63,262 nucleotides of DNA, filler included, from Octopus bimaculoides (GCF_001194135.2; 11 parts of 9 records of this genome joined end to end with filler, not necessarily neighbours in it), one strand, 5' to 3'. Counted from the first letter of the whole stretch, positions 14,021 through 25,628 are shown. Program-made: numbers and translations. The notes: generated by a model not told the origin, from the letters alone.

Positions 14021-14356
14021 GACTAACCAGACATGGTCAATAACAGACCAAATCGAATGAAGACACTAAGAAACCATAAACTGATCGCACATACCATAGA
14101 AGTCCGTGGAATTGTTGCCGGAGGTCACCATATTTTCGCAAATAGACACGTGGTCACGTGGACATACACGCATGATATATATTTATATATACACATGGTT
14201 ACATATATGCATATACAAGTCATCATTCTATAATTTTGTCTTCACTATTCACCGATGAAAACAGGAAACTTCACTAAAGGAAACGATTTTCTAACATCAA
14301 CAATGTCACGTTAGACAGTAAAGTACAGATATATACATCGAGTATATTGCGTGTGG

Positions 14357-14391
<35 letters not shown>

Positions 14392-14974
14392 NNNNNNNNN
14401 NNNNNNNNNNNNNNNNNNNNNNNNNNNNNNNNNNNNNNNNNNNNNNNNNNNNNNNNNNNNNNNNNNNNNNNNNNNNNNNNNNNNNNNNNNNNNNNNNNNN
14501 NNNNNNNNNNNNNNNNNNNNNNNNNNNNNNNNNNNNNNNNNNNNNNNNNNNNNNNNNNNNNNNNNNNNNNNNNNNNNNNNNNNNNNNNNNNNNNNNNNNN
14601 NNNNNNNNNNNNNNNNNNNNNNNNNNNNNNNNNNNNNNNNNNNNNNNNNNNNNNNNNNNNNNNNNNNNNNNNNNNNNNNNNNNNNNNNNNNNNNNNNNNN
14701 NNNNNNNNNNNNNNNNNNNNNNNNNNNNNNNNNNNNNNNNNNNNNNNNNNNNNNNNNNNNNNNNNNNNNNNNNNNNNNNNNNNNNNNNNNNNNNNNNNNN
14801 NNNNNNNNNNNNNNNNNNNNNNNNNNNNNNNNNNNNNNNNNNNNNNNNNNNNNNNNNNNNNNNNNNNNNNNNNNNNNNNNNNNNNNNNNNNNNNNNNNNN
14901 NNNNNNNNNNNNNNATATATATATATATATGTATGTATATCTATAAATATATATATCGCTAGCCACTACAAAAT

Positions 14975-15130
14975 TATTTTCTCTCCTTGTTTCTTTGTGT
15001 TCCTTTCTGTGGAAGACCGTAGGCTCGAAACGTTAAAGACTTTTTCACTTCCCGAGCGTTGTACTAATACATCTGTTTGTTGTCTACACCACCTGTCTTC
15101 GTCTTTTGTTTTTTTGTGTGAATTATCCAC
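14975..15130 (+). repeat. Family E short repeat carrying a hammerhead-like motif
   Basis: Homologous to 23635-23815 (reverse) and 7605-7682. Confidence 0.75.
15003..15038 (+). ncRNA. Minimal type I hammerhead-like motif, atypical core CUGUGGA
   Basis: CUUU-CUGUGGA-A-GACC(GUAG)GCUC-GAAA-CG-U-U-AAAG. Confidence 0.4.
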
Positions 15131-15276
15131 TATATATATATATAAAGGCATTATTAGTTATTATTGTTACTATTATTATTCTAAATGTAAGAGATTGATA
15201 ATAATAACAATAACATAGGTGGTCCCAAGTATCAAATGGCATCAAATAGCATCAAATAGCTATAAAATCAAAATTA

Positions 15277-15519
15277 GCGCTAAGTGAAATGACGCACAGT
15301 GAGTCTAACCTGTTTAGGAATAGGAGTCAAAGTCCCAAATAAACCACCGATAACAGTGAGAACAACATAAGCAGTCGAACGTTTACTGTTGTTCTCTTCG
15401 TTCGCCCGCTAACTGTTGTTCTTTATCATATTCTCAGTGCTATTGGTGGTTTATTTGGGACTCTAACTCCTATTTCTAAACAGGTTAGATGCCCTGTGCG
15501 TCCTTATGCTTAGTGCCCC
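15277..15519. mobile_element. Foldback MITE with arms of about 105 bp (PIF/Harbinger-like terminus, tentative)
   Basis: GCGCTAAG..GACGCACAG..TCTAACCTGTTTAG..GTCCCAAATAAACCACC pairs with GGTGGTTTATTTGGGAC..CTAAACAGGTTAGA..CTGTGCGTC..CTTAGTGCCCC. Confidence 0.85.
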
Positions 15520-16389
15520 CCCCCCCACACATGATTGTATGTGTCTGCCTCTTTAGGTCACGCAGAAACTATGTGATGTATGCAAAACGAGTTTTTTTAA
15601 CCATACATCCAAGCTAGAATCTGAAAAGATATACCTTAACAGTACATATAACTTAATCATATGACGTCTGAAAAAGAATGAAGACATTTCCACTGTTTTG
15701 CTATGCTTTGTCTCTGGACGATAATTTAGATTTAACAGAGTATAAGATTTTGTCCGCTGTTCCAGATTTTCTGCCAAGTAGCTATTCCATATAAATAGTA
15801 CTATTGCAGTTTAGAGCGTTATTTAGCATGTCTGTCTAATATTGGATGATTATCTCAAAATCTTACGGGGAAACAAAACATTAAAGCTAAAATGGCTGCT
15901 GTGATTGGTCAATTGAACCAAACCATTCAGTGTTAATAATTGCAGCCGGATATTAAGAACGGAAACTCTTAACTTCCGTAACTAATGTTATTGATACGGC
16001 AAAGTTTAAATATTGGTTATTTACCAGTGATGTATCAAGCGGATTATGGAGACATGTACAGTAAACATTGACTTTTGTGGATTCTTTGTAAAAGCAAAGG
16101 AAAGAAGCATAGAATAGTGGAATTAGGAGACATAAAGCAAGAACTGTTTGTTAATTACTGAAGAACAAATTGTAATTATGGAATCACCCTGCCAAGATGC
16201 CAAAAAAAAAAAAGATCATACAAAAAGAAAAAACAGAAGGGAAAGAACAAATAAATTGATGTCCCTGAATGAAACTGTTTTGGAGAGAATGTGTCTAGTC
16301 ATTAATGAAACCCCGCTTGTTAATCAAATAACAAACGTTAGGAACATATGTGATTCTTGACTTTTTATAAGATTCTAGAGAAACTAAAA

Positions 16390-16480
16390 GTGAAAGTGTG
16401 TGGCCAAGTGCTTAGGATGTTGCACTTACGCTTGCTAGATTGTGGTTTCGATTCCCGAGCAAAGCGGTACATGTGTCCTT
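16390..16480 (+). mobile_element. SINE family C head remnant
   Basis: GTGTGGCCAAGTGCTTAGGATG...GATTGTGGTTTCGATTCC. Confidence 0.55.
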
Positions 16481-16734
16481 TAAACATATCAATGCATTTC
16501 ATGTTACTCCTTATTTCAATGACAATACTACTTTTATACAAACAAAGAGTAGCGGCAAATCCATTGCACGGTTTCGTGTCTCGATGCAACCCTATTACTT
16601 CACATTCATCATTAATGGTATTGAGGCTCAACATACTTTTATGAATATATATTCCCTCATTAAATCTGAGATCGTTCAATTTGATTGGCCCGGTTGAGAA
16701 TATGAATAGAATATAAGGGAATGAATCAAAATTA

Positions 16735-17285
16735 AGGCAGCGAGATGGCCGAGTCGTTAGCATGCTGGACGAAATGCTTAGCGGTATATCGTCCGTCGCT
16801 ACGCTATGAGCTCAAATTCCACCGAGGTCGACTTTGCCTTTTATCCTTTCAGGGCCGATAAATTAAGTACCAGTGAAACACTGGGGTTCGATATAATTAA
16901 CTAGTCTCCTCCCCACAAAATTCAGGCCTTGTACTGGATAATTTCAGGCAACTAAAGGCAGCGAGCTCACAGATTCAATAGCACGCCAGGCAAATGCTTA
17001 ACGGCGTTTTGTCCGTGTTAATGTTCTGAGTTCAATTCCCGCCGAGATCAACTTTGCCTTTCATCTTTTGAGGGTCGATAAAATAAGTACCAGCGGGATT
17101 GATGTAATCGACTCAGTTCCTCCCCAAAAATTTAGTAGAAAGGATTATTTCAGGCAACTAGCTACCATATTCATTTGCTCGTCGCACAAAATGCTTAGTG
17201 ACACTTCTGGTTTGACGTTCTGAGTTAAAATTCTGCTTAGTTCGATTTTGTCTTTTAACCCTTTCGGGGTTGATAAAATAAAAAA
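16735..17285 (+). mobile_element. Three tandem SINE family B copies (16735-16935, 16955-17141, 17160-17285)
   Basis: AAGGCAGCGAG...GAAATGCTTAGCGG...GAGTTCAAATTCC.CCGAGGTCGACTTTGCCTTT.ATCCTTT; the middle copy is flanked by GGAT(A/T)ATTTCAGGCAACTA direct repeats. Confidence 0.88.
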
Positions 17286-17412
17286 AAATACTTGAGTATT
17301 GAGGTGTGTATANNNNNNNNNNNNNNNNNNNNNNNNNNNNNNNNNNNNNNNNNNNNTTAATTAATTAANNNNNNNNNNNNNNNNNNNNNNNNNNNNNNNN
17401 NNNNNNNNNNNN

Positions 17413-17451
<39 letters not shown>

Positions 17452-17732
17452 CACACAAACACACATATGGACATGAATACATGAGCACACACACACAAAT
17501 ACATATGTATACACTCTGTATTTAATGTGAAATACGTGGTGTTCGTTCACAGAAGCATACGTAACATTGGTTTCACTTTTCTTTTCCGCAAATTGTGATT
17601 GTTATAATCTCTGAAGATTATAACATGCCATTATAATATACATGCCTTGGATTGACTGAGTGTTTCATTAATAATTGGCCAAAGTATAACTAATCAGTCA
17701 TCAGATAATCAAAAGTGACGTTTTCGCTTCCA

Positions 17733-17940
17733 CGAGGGTAAGTTCCTAGCTTTGGGTAAGAGAAAATACAGGAGGATCAGTTAATTATGATTTTATTCAA
17801 AATATTCCCCTCTCAGATTCACACGCTTATTTCAGCGGTCCTTCAGTTTTTCTAAGCCTTGTAAAAAGCTCGGAAGGTTGCACCTTCAACCAGGCCTTTC
17901 GCGATCCCTATAAAGCCAGGAACTTTTCAGCACCACCTGG
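17733..17940 (-). mobile_element. Mariner-derived MITE
   Basis: Termini AAGTTCCTAGCTTT / AAAGCCAGGAACTTTTCAGCAC; same family as 58982-59154; interior resembles a mariner 3' end. Confidence 0.8.
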
Positions 17941-17971
<31 letters not shown>

Positions 17972-18049
17972 ATATCTATCCATATGTCTGTCTGTACATA
18001 TCTGTTTACATCTACGTATTATAGATACATGTTTATGTATGCATCTTTT

Positions 18050-18144
18050 ATCTTTCACTTTTTTCAGTCATTAGACTGCAGTCATGCTGAAGCACCTCCT
18101 AGAAGAATTTTTAGTCGAATGAATCGACCCCAGTACTTTATATG

Positions 18145-18178
<34 letters not shown>

Positions 18179-18410
18179 TGTACACACAGATACACACTTA
18201 TAACGCCACAAATCTTTTTAGCCAATGAACTCCGGCCATGCACCATCTTGAAAGGTTTGGACGAACAAATCGACCACTGTACTTATTTTATAAAGCCTGG
18301 CGCCTATTTTATCAGTTGCTTTTGCCTAACTGCTGAGTTACAGAAGCACGAACAAACCAGTATTTGGTTGTAAAGCGAGATTCTTAACCACACAGCCATG
18401 CCTACACCTA
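18050..18410 (-). mobile_element. SINE family A fragments
   Basis: TTTCAGTCATTAGACTGCAGTCATGCTG...; GGCCATGC...TACTTATTT...CCACACAGCCATGCCTACACC. Confidence 0.7.
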
Positions 18411-18874
18411 TTATAAAAAAACACATACACGTTCCCGCCCAGTGTAATATTGGGAAAGAATATAGGGTAAGAATCACAAACAATTAAGTATACAAAAAGA
18501 CCTTCTGCACACACTGATGCATAAGTCACACTTTCATATATCTTTATAAATAAACATATATTCGTGCCTCTTATAACACACAATGGCATATATACACTCA
18601 TAAACGCAGTTATACTTAAACACATACACACAATAAATCACATACACAATAATTGGTACACACACACATACACACACGCAATTATTTGTGCCCACACAGT
18701 AAGTCATACACTTTAGCTTTTCACTTCCTATAGCAAAAATTATAATAACAATGTTATTGATCAATATATCACACATCGTTGACTACGTAAAATAAAACCC
18801 AAAACAGCCCGACTCAACACTTGATATACAGCTTCGCCTACACACACAGACACGGACAGATAGACAGGCAGACA

Positions 18875-18945
<71 letters not shown>

Positions 18946-19029
18946 ATTATAAGAATGTCATAAAAAATACATAGACGTAGATAAATATCTCCCAGTTATA
19001 TATAGAATAAACATTTTGAACTAAACGAT

Positions 19030-19310
19030 TTAACAACAGGGCTCAATAACAGTGAAAAAGAGAGGAATGGCGGTTCTTTTATATTCTTCTTCGGGAACAG
19101 CTTACTATTGGTGAACAATCGACAATGTTGGAGAGAAATTTAGGAAAACAGGGGCTCAATAACAGTGAAAGAGAGAAATTTAGGAAAACAGGGTTCAATA
19201 ACAGGGAAAAAGAGAGAAATTTAGGCTTAATTTGGCGGTTCTTTTATATTCTTCTTCAGGAACAGCTTAGTATTGGTGAACAATCGACAGTGTTGGAGAA
19301 CATAAAGATT
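19030..19310. repeat. Local tandem duplication with roughly 37-bp subrepeats
   Basis: TGGCGGTTCTTTTATATTCTTCTTC.GGAACAGCTTA.TATTGGTGAACAATCGACA.TGTTGGAGA twice; AACAGGG.TCAATAACAG.GAAA three times. Confidence 0.85.
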
Positions 19311-19439
19311 AAAGTTGTAGTTTAGGATAAGTTAGCTGGCATGGAGGACTGGAAGTTACCTGAATATTGGAAAAGATTTACCTGTTCTATGATAATTCGC
19401 TCTGGGTATCGAAATGCCGACAACATGACTGATGTTCCA

Positions 19440-19945
19440 CGTTCTCTGAACACAGTAAACGCTGTAAGGCGTACAGCTTAAACGGACTGCATGATGTCAT
19501 GGCCAGCAGGAAGAGACACAGCAGACCATCTGCCTGCGTCCGCACGCCTGAATTCATCACTGCATCTTTGAACAGCACTTTAGGCTCAATTCAGACGGCT
19601 ATGTGAAGCTGTAGAGACTGTGATCAATCCCCGGTTGGAGAGGATTGTTGCTCGAAGACTGTACATGTAGCAGTAGGATTCGGCTCCTTGCCATACCTCC
19701 TGCAAAAGTCAGAAGTGGTTGTCGGAGAATTTCTATGACTTCATCAGCCCCAATTTCTGGCCTCCGAATTCCTCTGAGTGTAATTTCATGTGAGGGCGCG
19801 ATTGAGAAAGACACAAACCCCTCTGCTTGCAGCACCAAGACTGAGCTGATGCCCTAGATAAAGGTGTTTGAAGGAATGCATACGCCAGATTCCGGAGCCG
19901 TCTTGAGGATGTGGTGGAAATTGAGGTGGGTCTTTGAGCAAACTA
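19440..19945 (+). pseudogene. maT/DD37D-type Tc1/mariner transposase remnant, internally deleted
   Basis: Translates across frameshifts as VRTPEFI...LNSDGYVK...QDSAPCHTSCKSQKWLSENFYDFISPNFWPPNS... Confidence 0.75.
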
Positions 19946-20578
19946 TTATCTCCAGCTATAATTTAGTTGATATTTTTTGACTTTTTAAAAATACTTTTAT
20001 TTTTAGATAGGGTATTGTGCTTCCTTTTCCTTTAATTAACCCGAACTTTCTGGAGAGAGCGATACGTAAATACAGCTGATGCGATGAGATGCTTGAAAAT
20101 AAAATCAAGCCACAAAATTAAAATATGTTCACAATATAATCTATCTGCGAACGCAATTTGTGTTCCTTAAACACGGCGGTGCATCAGCATGGCCGCAGCT
20201 CTAAGCTGAAACTATAAACAACAAACAGGGATACACAGATACGTATGACTAAGTGACATCTTAGTCAACAAAATTATAAAGAGTTATGTAAATGTTTGTT
20301 TTTTTTTCTTTTTTCATATACATCGCATTTCAGAAGACGCGAATAGATTCAATTGAATTGAAAAACTTCTGAGATTGTCCAAATTTCAAACACATCAGAG
20401 AGTTTTTGCATTCTACTTACAAGGACAATCTCCATAAATCGAGGGCTTTCAGTCTACTATATTATATATGTGAGACTCTACTTTGTGCATGCATGCATAC
20501 ATACATACGTACGTACGTATGTGCGTATGTATGCACTATGTATGTATATGTCTATGTATGTGTGCGCGCGAGTGTGTT

Positions 20579-20638
<60 letters not shown>

Positions 20639-20659
20639 TGTGCATGTATTTATGTAAGT

Positions 20660-20830
20660 GCGTGCGTCTTCGTTCCCACACCCGCTTGTCAAACAACCGT
20701 TGTTGGTTTGTTCACGCCCCCGTAAACTAGGGGTTCGGCAAAAAGAAACCGATAGAATAAATATCAGATTTAAAATGTGGTCCTACAGTTTAGCTGCAGT
20801 TCAGCTGCCGAAATAAGTGAAAAATAATCA
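20660..20830 (+). mobile_element. SINE family A 3' fragment
   Basis: GCTTGTCAAACAACCG.TGTTGGTTTGTTCACGCCCCCGTAAAC..GGTTCGGCAAAAAG..ACCGATAGAATAA. Confidence 0.7.
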
Positions 20831-20904
20831 AAGAATAACAGTTAAACTAGAAGATATTCGCGTTTTTAATGATACGAACGCACACACAAACACAAATATA
20901 TCGC

Positions 20905-21340
20905 TTATTTTTTACTTGTTTCAGTCTTTGGACCGCGACTGTGCTTGCGTACCCCCTTCAAGGGGTTTTAGTCGAACATATCAACAATAGTATGTATTTT
21001 TAAGTCTGATATTTATTCTATCGGATTCTTTTCACCGAACCGCTAACTTACACAAAGAACACCGAACCCCTAACGTAAACAAAGCAACACCGATTATCAA
21101 ACGGTGGTTGTAGGACAAGCACCGACACAAAAACACGCGCGCGTACACACAAACAGACATGCACACAGCACACGCATATATGCGACGGGCTTCCGCACAG
21201 TTCCTGTCTGTCAAATTCACTGAAATGATACTAGTCGGTCCGAGGCTATAGTAGAAGATACTTCCCCGACACGAGGTGCCGCGCGGTGGGACTGAACCCG
21301 AAACTACGTGATTGTAAAGCAAACTTCTCAACCACACGGC
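20905..21340 (-). mobile_element. SINE family A, diverged full-length copy
   Basis: Tail TTACTTGTTTCAGTC through head GGGACTGAACCCG...AACCACACGGC. Confidence 0.8.
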
Positions 21341-21473
21341 CAATTGCTCAAATAATTCATTTGTACATATTAAATGTAAACATAAATTTGCACGTAGACA
21401 TCAAGAAATATAGATAGCAACAAACAAAGCGCATGGAATGACGAGAAATCATATAACCTGTTTTTTTAAACTT

Positions 21474-21546
21474 ATTCACTTGTAGATATGTGATTTCAAC
21501 AGATGTGACACTCCTTAAATGTGAGATCATTGTGACATATGTGAAT
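21474..21546 (+). ncRNA. Candidate bantam-family miRNA-like hairpin
   Basis: 3' arm TGAGATCATTGTGACATATGTG (21522-21543) shares its first 14 nt with lophotrochozoan bantam as I recall it; imperfect hairpin closed by ATTCAC/GTGAAT. Confidence 0.3.
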
Positions 21547-23033
21547 CTTTTGATTGATTTTGTGCGTTATATGAAACCTCACGCACTTCAGCTTTTTATA
21601 ACACTTAGGTCAAACTTTCATGTTTATATATATTTTATCAGTCAATAGAAACCTGCCTATGAATTTCATAGAATGTAGGTTGTACATTCTAAATCCCGTA
21701 CGATTTATGTTTCGATGGCAAAGAGTTTCGACTACTTTCAGTTTGCTATGGCAATGCTTCACTTTCTAATTTTATCTCCCTATACCACTGATCACAGATT
21801 GAAAGTGTATTATTAAAAATACTTGGTTGTTTCACTGTGGTCTTCAAGGTTTCGCTCTGAATATTAAGGTAGAAGTATCACAGATATGTAGACAACCAGC
21901 TTGAAGAGGAATCTTCTTTCCAGCAGCAGAGAAACGTTCATCCGTTGGCGAAATTTAGCACTAACAGTGCTTATAAAATATCCACACTTAATCTAAAATA
22001 TGTTTGGAGTTATAACAATTAGAAAATAAATAAATGGATCTGACAAGCAAAGTATCGGAATCTCGATAAATTTGATACTTATTCGATGCAGTGAGAGTCT
22101 TTTCTTTTTCTTAGTCGAACTATTAATGCATTAGTTGATATTCCAAATAATTTATTCGGTGGCATAAATTTAGTCTTAAATGTCTGAGGATAATTATATA
22201 AGAAATTTCATAGAATATATATTTATTTCGTACTGAAAATCGAGATCGAGCGAGCTTTTGCCCTATTGCTCGACGTGTGGTTTTCGTCCACGCTGAGCTC
22301 GCCTTGGGACACCTGCGTTACCGTTTGGCAAGTGATTTGATCACAGGCCGTGTGTTGAAACAAAAGCGTGAAATGCACGTATTAGCTGTTCGAGACACAC
22401 AAAGGCTGTTGACTTTACTTTATAGTTTGGTGTCAAAATTTTCATCGCTCCAATTGCGACTTGGGTGCTTCTGCAGCGATTTAATTTTAATCTAAAGAGG
22501 AGAGATCATCCTTGCATGATAACCGAAAGACCGCGATTTCGATCATGCTGGGTTTCATTCGGCACCAGTACAGTAGGAACCAGTCAGATCAAAATTGCGA
22601 TCAATCGATTATCAAAACAACATATTCTGTCAGAGATTATAATTTCGAAAATCTTCCATAGCATGTTTACATGGCAATATTATTTTGTTCACATTGTTTA
22701 CCCAGGGAGTCAATATGAGTTTAATTCGTGATAGTCATCAATCTACATCACATCCGTGAAGGAGCAATAGAGAAAGTTTAAATATTTTCTTTAGTTTGAC
22801 AAATGTATTTGATTCTACTTACAGAAATTAAACATTCAGAAAAAAAGGCGATCACTAATTTACTGTTTACCAATGAATGTTATCTTAAGGATCATAAATA
22901 GGCAGTCCTTTGCCGTTTGTCTTATTTCTGCGAGTTGAAAGACAGAACTACTTCATATCAGCTGTGTGTGTGTGTGTGTGTGTGTGTGTCTGTGTGTATG
23001 TGTGTGTATGTGTGTGTGCGTGCGTGTGTGTGT

Positions 23034-23064
<31 letters not shown>

Positions 23065-23071
<7 letters not shown>

Positions 23072-23215
23072 CGGACTTCTTTCAGTTTCCGTCTACCAAA
23101 TCCACTCACGAGGCTTTGGTCGGTCCGGAGCTATCGTAGAAAGCACTTGCACGCAGTGGGACTGAACCCAGAACCATGTTGTTGGGAAATAAACTTCTTA
23201 CCACAGAACCACGAC
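23065..23215 (-). mobile_element. SINE family A 5' half, head-to-head with the next copy
   Basis: ACGACGGACTTCTTTCAGTTTCCGTCTACCAAATCCACTCACG...GGGACTGAACCCAGAACCATG. Confidence 0.88.
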
Positions 23216-23231
23216 TATATATGTATATAGG

Positions 23232-23610
23232 CTATATAGGTGCTGGAGTGGCTGTGTGGTAAGTAGCTTGCTTACTAACTACATGGTTCCAGACTCAGTC
23301 CCACTGCGTGACACCTTGGGCAAGTGTCTTCTACTATGGCCTTGAGCCGATCAAAGCCTTGTGAGTGAATTTGGTAGACGGAAACTGAAAGAAGCCTGTC
23401 TTGTATATATGTATGTATGTATGTATATGTTTGTGTGTCTGTTTTTGCCCCCTTCCATCGCTTAACAACCGAGGTTGGTGCGTTTACGTCGCCGTAACTT
23501 AACGGTTCGGCAAAAGAGGCCGATAGAACAAGTACTAGGCTTACAAAAAATAAGTCCTGGGGTCCAGCATGGCCGCAGTCAAATTACTGAAACAAGTAAA
23601 AGAATAAAAG
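23232..23610 (+). mobile_element. SINE family A, near full length
   Basis: AGGTGCTGGAGTGGCTGTGTGGTAAGTAGCTTGC...GAAACAAGTAAAAGAATAAAAG. Confidence 0.92.
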
Positions 23611-23634
23611 AATATATATATATATATAATTCAA

Positions 23635-23815
23635 ATTTACAGAAGACGAAGGACGAAGAAAGATAAGGGAACAGCAAGCAGGCGTATTAGTTTGATGCTC
23701 GGGAAGAAAAGAAAAGTCTTTGACGTATCGAACGTACACTCTTCGACAGAAAGGGATGAAAAGGGTTAAAATGGAGAAAGAAAAGTGGTAACAGAAAAAG
23801 ACTGTGTAAGGATTA
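23635..23815 (-). repeat. Family E short repeat with a degenerate hammerhead-like motif at 23718-23753
   Basis: Minus strand: CUUU-CUGUCGA-A-GAGU(GUAC)GUUC-GAUA-CG-U-C-AAAG. Confidence 0.7.
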
Positions 23816-24099
23816 AGATGATATATATATATAGTCCATATTCAATTAAGAGGAGAAAATGGAGAGATAATGGTTGATAATTATTTATTAATAAATTGAT
23901 AATCATTCATTCCTACAGTTGCTTCAACTTGTACTCATTCAATAAATTACAAATTTATGCAATAAATTTGCATTTATAAGTTATGAACAAAATATCAACA
24001 GGGAAATACTTGTTGACTAATCTGTTCTCTCCAGCACACTCTATATATATATATATATATATCTGTATATATATATATATATATATTTATATAAATAAG

Positions 24100-24165
24100 G
24101 ATAACATCGTTATTTAAAAATACCGATCTTATCAGGTGGCCATCATTGGAAAAAATCTTAGAGGC
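24100..24165 (+). repeat. Family X repeat fragment
   Basis: GGATAACATCGTTATTTAAAAATACCGATCTTATCAGGTGGCC matches 61629-61672. Confidence 0.75.
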
Positions 24166-24519
24166 NNNNNNNNNNNNNNNNNNNNNNNNNNNNNNNNNNN
24201 NNNNNNNNNNNNNNNNNNNNNNNNNNNNNNNNNNNNNNNNNNNNNNNNNNNNNNNNNNNNNNNNNNNNNNNNNNNNNNNNNNNNNNNNNNNNNNNNNNNN
24301 NNNNNNNNNNNNNNNNNNNNNNNNNNNNNNNNNNNNNNNNNNNNNNNNNNNNNNNNNNNNNNNNNNNNNNNNNNNNNNNNNNNNNNNNNNNNNNNNNNNN
24401 NNNNNNNNNNNNNNNNNNNNNNNNNNNNNNNNNNNNNNNNNNNNNNNNNNNNNNNNNNNNNNNNNNNNNNNNNNNNNNNNNNNNNNNNNNNNNNNNNNNN
24501 NNTATATATATATATATAT

Positions 24520-24665
24520 ATATTCTTTTATCTGTTACTTGTTTCATTCATTGAACTGCAGCAATGCTGGTGCATCGCCTTGAAGAGTTTCGGTCGAATG
24601 AATCGAATCCATTTTAAAACCTGACATTTATCGGCTCTCTTTTGCCGAACCTCTAAGTTATGGCT
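24520..24665 (-). mobile_element. SINE family A tail fragment
   Basis: TTACTTGTTTCATTCATTGAACTGC..CTCTTTTGCCGAACC.CTAAGTTA. Confidence 0.7.
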
Positions 24666-25081
24666 ACAAAACTGGTTGTTTGAAAGTCATGTTTTCATTT
24701 CATTTCAGGATACAAACGTATTAAATTTCATACACGTGACGTCACTAATAACTTTCCCATGAAAGTTATTAGCACTGTTGTTTAGTTAACCTTTTTAAAG
24801 TAATGTTTTTATAAACAATGTGTGTGTGCGTGCATGTAAGAGTGAGTATTTTGTTTGCGTTTGCGAATATATAAATATGTGTGCGTATGTGTGTGTGTAT
24901 TAGTTTGTCCGTTGTTGTTGACAATACACATACATATAAATATACATATAGACACACACATAAAACTGCATAAGCATATATATACATATATATACGCCCA
25001 TACATATATGTATGTGTATGCATACAAATGCATGCATACATACATATGCATACACACATACATATACATACACACACAAAC

Positions 25082-25136
<55 letters not shown>

Positions 25137-25586
25137 AAAAACATATATGTACTTAGACACATATACACATACAGATATACAGATATACGTATAAGTATAT
25201 TAATTAAATGAAACATTTCGAAATCAATGTCTTTTCTCCCCAAACGAGGACGGAATTCGAGAAGACAGTTATTTACTCAAGAAATATTTAGCCTCCAGCA
25301 TTCAAGGTGCTAACAATTCGTTTCTTTGTTCAAACACTTGCCAACTTGAAGCATAGTTGTTAATTTTTCACTCAAACTTCTCACAACATGTTTCATTTTG
25401 AAGTTACTGTTCCTGAATGTTTGTACACGAGGATTTCTCTTACACATGAATCATACATACATATGAGTGTGTATGCATATATATTTATCATGTATATGTA
25501 TGTAAGTATATGTATATGTGTGTATATATATATATATATGGAAAAAAGACAAAGTAGAAAATGCTAAACTACTTTTATAAAGAACA

Positions 25587-25628
25587 TTACAGTACCGGTT
25601 TCGATCCTTGAGATCTTTTCAACAGTAA
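25587..25628 (-). ncRNA. Minimal type I hammerhead ribozyme candidate, U3-A8 variant
   Basis: UUACUG-UUGAAAA-GAUC(UCAAG)GAUC-GAAA-CCGG-U-A-CUGUAA; palindromic stem III ACCGGU; GUA triplet. Confidence 0.65.

Noticed and set aside
14147-14160. Double CACGTG E-box
   Set aside because: Two 6-mers without other support are expected by chance in 63 kb.
17695-17727. Minus-strand GAAAACGUC...CUGAUGA
   Set aside because: Stems do not form in any hammerhead topology.
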